Positions 62,729-64,000 of a stretch of DNA of 64,000 nt are shown here, piece after piece. The stretch is from assembly GCA_020632635.1 (NCBI GenBank), contig JACKFE010000002.1, positions 495,625-559,624 on the forward strand, read 5' to 3'. Below the pieces are notes generated by a model. It was not told the origin of the DNA and did not search any database. It was given only the letters and a program-made list of their open reading frames with translations. The stretch comes from Nitrospiraceae bacterium (GTDB taxonomy: Bacteria > Nitrospirota > Nitrospiria > Nitrospirales > UBA8639). The translations under genes and the position numbers were made by a program. Position 1 is the stretch's first letter; each line of letters starts with the position of its first letter.

Positions 62729-64000
62729 ATGAACATCACCTCCCCCTTTGTTTTTCACGTTGCAAAAACTTTCCGATTTCTGACAGTCAATTTAATCATC
62801 GGGATATTTCTTCTTTGGCCCTCTCTGACGACATTCGCCCAGGATATCCAACCTCGCACACTCATCGGACATACTAACGAAATTTTCGGCTTGGCATTTG
62901 ATGCCACCAGCCACACAGTGGCTTCCGCCAGCGCCGATCAGACGATTCGCCTTTGGGATGCGCAGACCGGACGGCTTCAAAAGGAACTGCATGGGCACAC
63001 CGCCACGATTCGTAGCCTGGCCTTTTCACCAAAGGGTCCGTGGCTCGCTTCCGGGGCCAGTGATAAAACAACGAAAGTCTGGGACATCACCACTGGGAAG
63101 GAAGTGGTGTCCTTTAGTTCCGTATTCGGCAATATTCGAGCGGTCGCCTTCTCACCAGATGGGGAAATCCTGGCCAGTACCGGTGACGGAGGAAGTCTCC
63201 GGCTCTTGAACTGGAAGGAGAAAAAAGAATTGAAGGCCATGAAAAGCGGCTTCGGCATTACGTATGCCGTGGCCTTTTCTCCCTCAGATACCCTCATTGC
63301 GACGGGAGGCAGCGATACGGTTGTCCATTTATGGAATCCATCCACCGGACAGCAACAAACCACGCTCAGCGGGCATACCAAATCGGTCCTGGCCGTGGCC
63401 TTTTCCCCTGACGGTAACCTGCTTGCCAGTGGATCGGCCGATGGCACGATTCGCCTCTGGGAACCCAGAACGGGCCGGGAAAGAGGGACGCTCAGCGGAC
63501 ATACCGGAGAAGTCCATGCAGTGGGATTCACCACCAATGGGTCCACCATTGTGTCAGCAGGGACGGATGGCACCGTCCGATTTTGGGACAGCACTACCGG
63601 AAAACCATTGGGAACATTTACAGGGCACCGTGGGCCGGTATGGGCCTTGGCCCTTTCTCCGAACGGATCTTATCTGGCCACGGGAGGGCGAGATCGATCA
63701 ATCCACCTTCAGGCCTCCACCCCTCCCAAGACAGAAAGCCCCAGAATCACCACCGGCCCCATCATTCCACGGGATGCCGACGTGGGGCCGCCCCCCGTCC
63801 CCCCACCGCATGCGGAAGCTGATTTTTTTATCCAGCCTCATCAACTGAAAGCCGGCGATGCACTCACGGTGCATCTTCAAGTCGCCAATACGGGCAAGGG
63901 GCCTCTCTATCGATTCTCAGCTAAAACGACAAGCCCTCTCTCTTTGCTACAGGACAAACACTTTTACTTTGGCAAAATCCTTCCAGGGCAATCCAAGTCT
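62729..64000 (+). CDS. WD40-repeat protein with an N-terminal signal/anchor; 3' end cut by the window edge
   Basis: ATG at 62729, and the frame stays open to nt 64000; it is not in the ORF track because it has no stop. MNITSPFVFHVAKTFRFLTVNLIIGIFLLWPSLTTFAQD is followed by at least 7 WD repeats (GHTxxVxxxAFSPDGxxLASGSxDxTIRLWD). Confidence 0.88.
   Translation, partial: MNITSPFVFHVAKTFRFLTVNLIIGIFLLWPSLTTFAQDIQPRTLIGHTNEIFGLAFDATSHTVASASADQTIRLWDAQTGRLQKELHGHTATIRSLAFSPKGPWLASGASDKTTKVWDITTGKEVVSFSSVFGNIRAVAFSPDGEILASTGDGGSLRLLNWKEKKELKAMKSGFGITYAVAFSPSDTLIATGGSDTVVHLWNPSTGQQQTTLSGHTKSVLAVAFSPDGNLLASGSADGTIRLWEPRTGRERGTLSGHTGEVHAVGFTTNGSTIVSAGTDGTVRFWDSTTGKPLGTFTGHRGPVWALALSPNGSYLATGGRDRSIHLQASTPPKTESPRITTGPIIPRDADVGPPPVPPPHAEADFFIQPHQLKAGDALTVHLQVANTGKGPLYRFSAKTTSPLSLLQDKHFYFGKILPGQSKS

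Noticed and set aside
62977-63848. ORFs 62977..63594 (-) and 63264..63848 (+)
   Set aside because: They are antisense or off-frame to the unmistakable WD40 reading frame that starts at 62729.
1-64000. CRISPR arrays, tRNA/rRNA genes, IS elements, integrases, or direct repeats flanking the island
   Set aside because: I found no regularly spaced short repeats, no cloverleaf-like or rRNA-like sequence, and no transposase or integrase motifs. Mobility of the island cannot be claimed from this window.

Overview
This window comes from a diderm bacterium, judged from lnt, opgGH, Tat and Sec signals and lipoboxes. I saw no rRNA, tRNA, CRISPR array, transposase or integrase. Housekeeping envelope genes are a minority: opgG, a small ORF, opgH, a DsbA-like oxidoreductase, lnt, and a GT2 plus GT-C-like membrane protein pair.

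Most of the window (about 11.6-62.3 kb) is a dense, mostly co-directional array of genes for exported proteins.

- **Shared N-terminal module.** Eleven genes (12 copies) start with a signal peptide followed by the same ~100-aa module, which ends ...LLLPxGxxLEAxGTYSG[IV][RQ][SP]RG. I do not recognise it as a named family. Their C-termini are unrelated: EEP nuclease/phosphatase, CxxCH heme motifs, jacalin-like, beta-gamma-crystallin, DUF928, helical low-complexity plus Gly-rich domains, and Cys-repeat domains.
- **Recurring linear motif.** A second motif, [F/I/L]x[R/K]RG[I/L] followed by an acidic tail, recurs at the C-termini of other secreted proteins in the island.
- **Contractile-injection-system-like parts with export signals.** These are a 209-aa signal-peptide mini-VgrG, three signal-peptide coiled-coil/spike-needle-like paralogs, and two Tat-signal tandem tail-tube-like proteins. 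No sheath, baseplate or ATPase gene is in the window.
- **Protease cassettes.** Two metzincin-type genes, one with an atypical QExxH motif, each sit next to members of one secreted paralog family.

I propose this as a candidate undescribed extracytoplasmic cargo/assembly system. All homology calls are by eye from motifs and need profile or structure searches.
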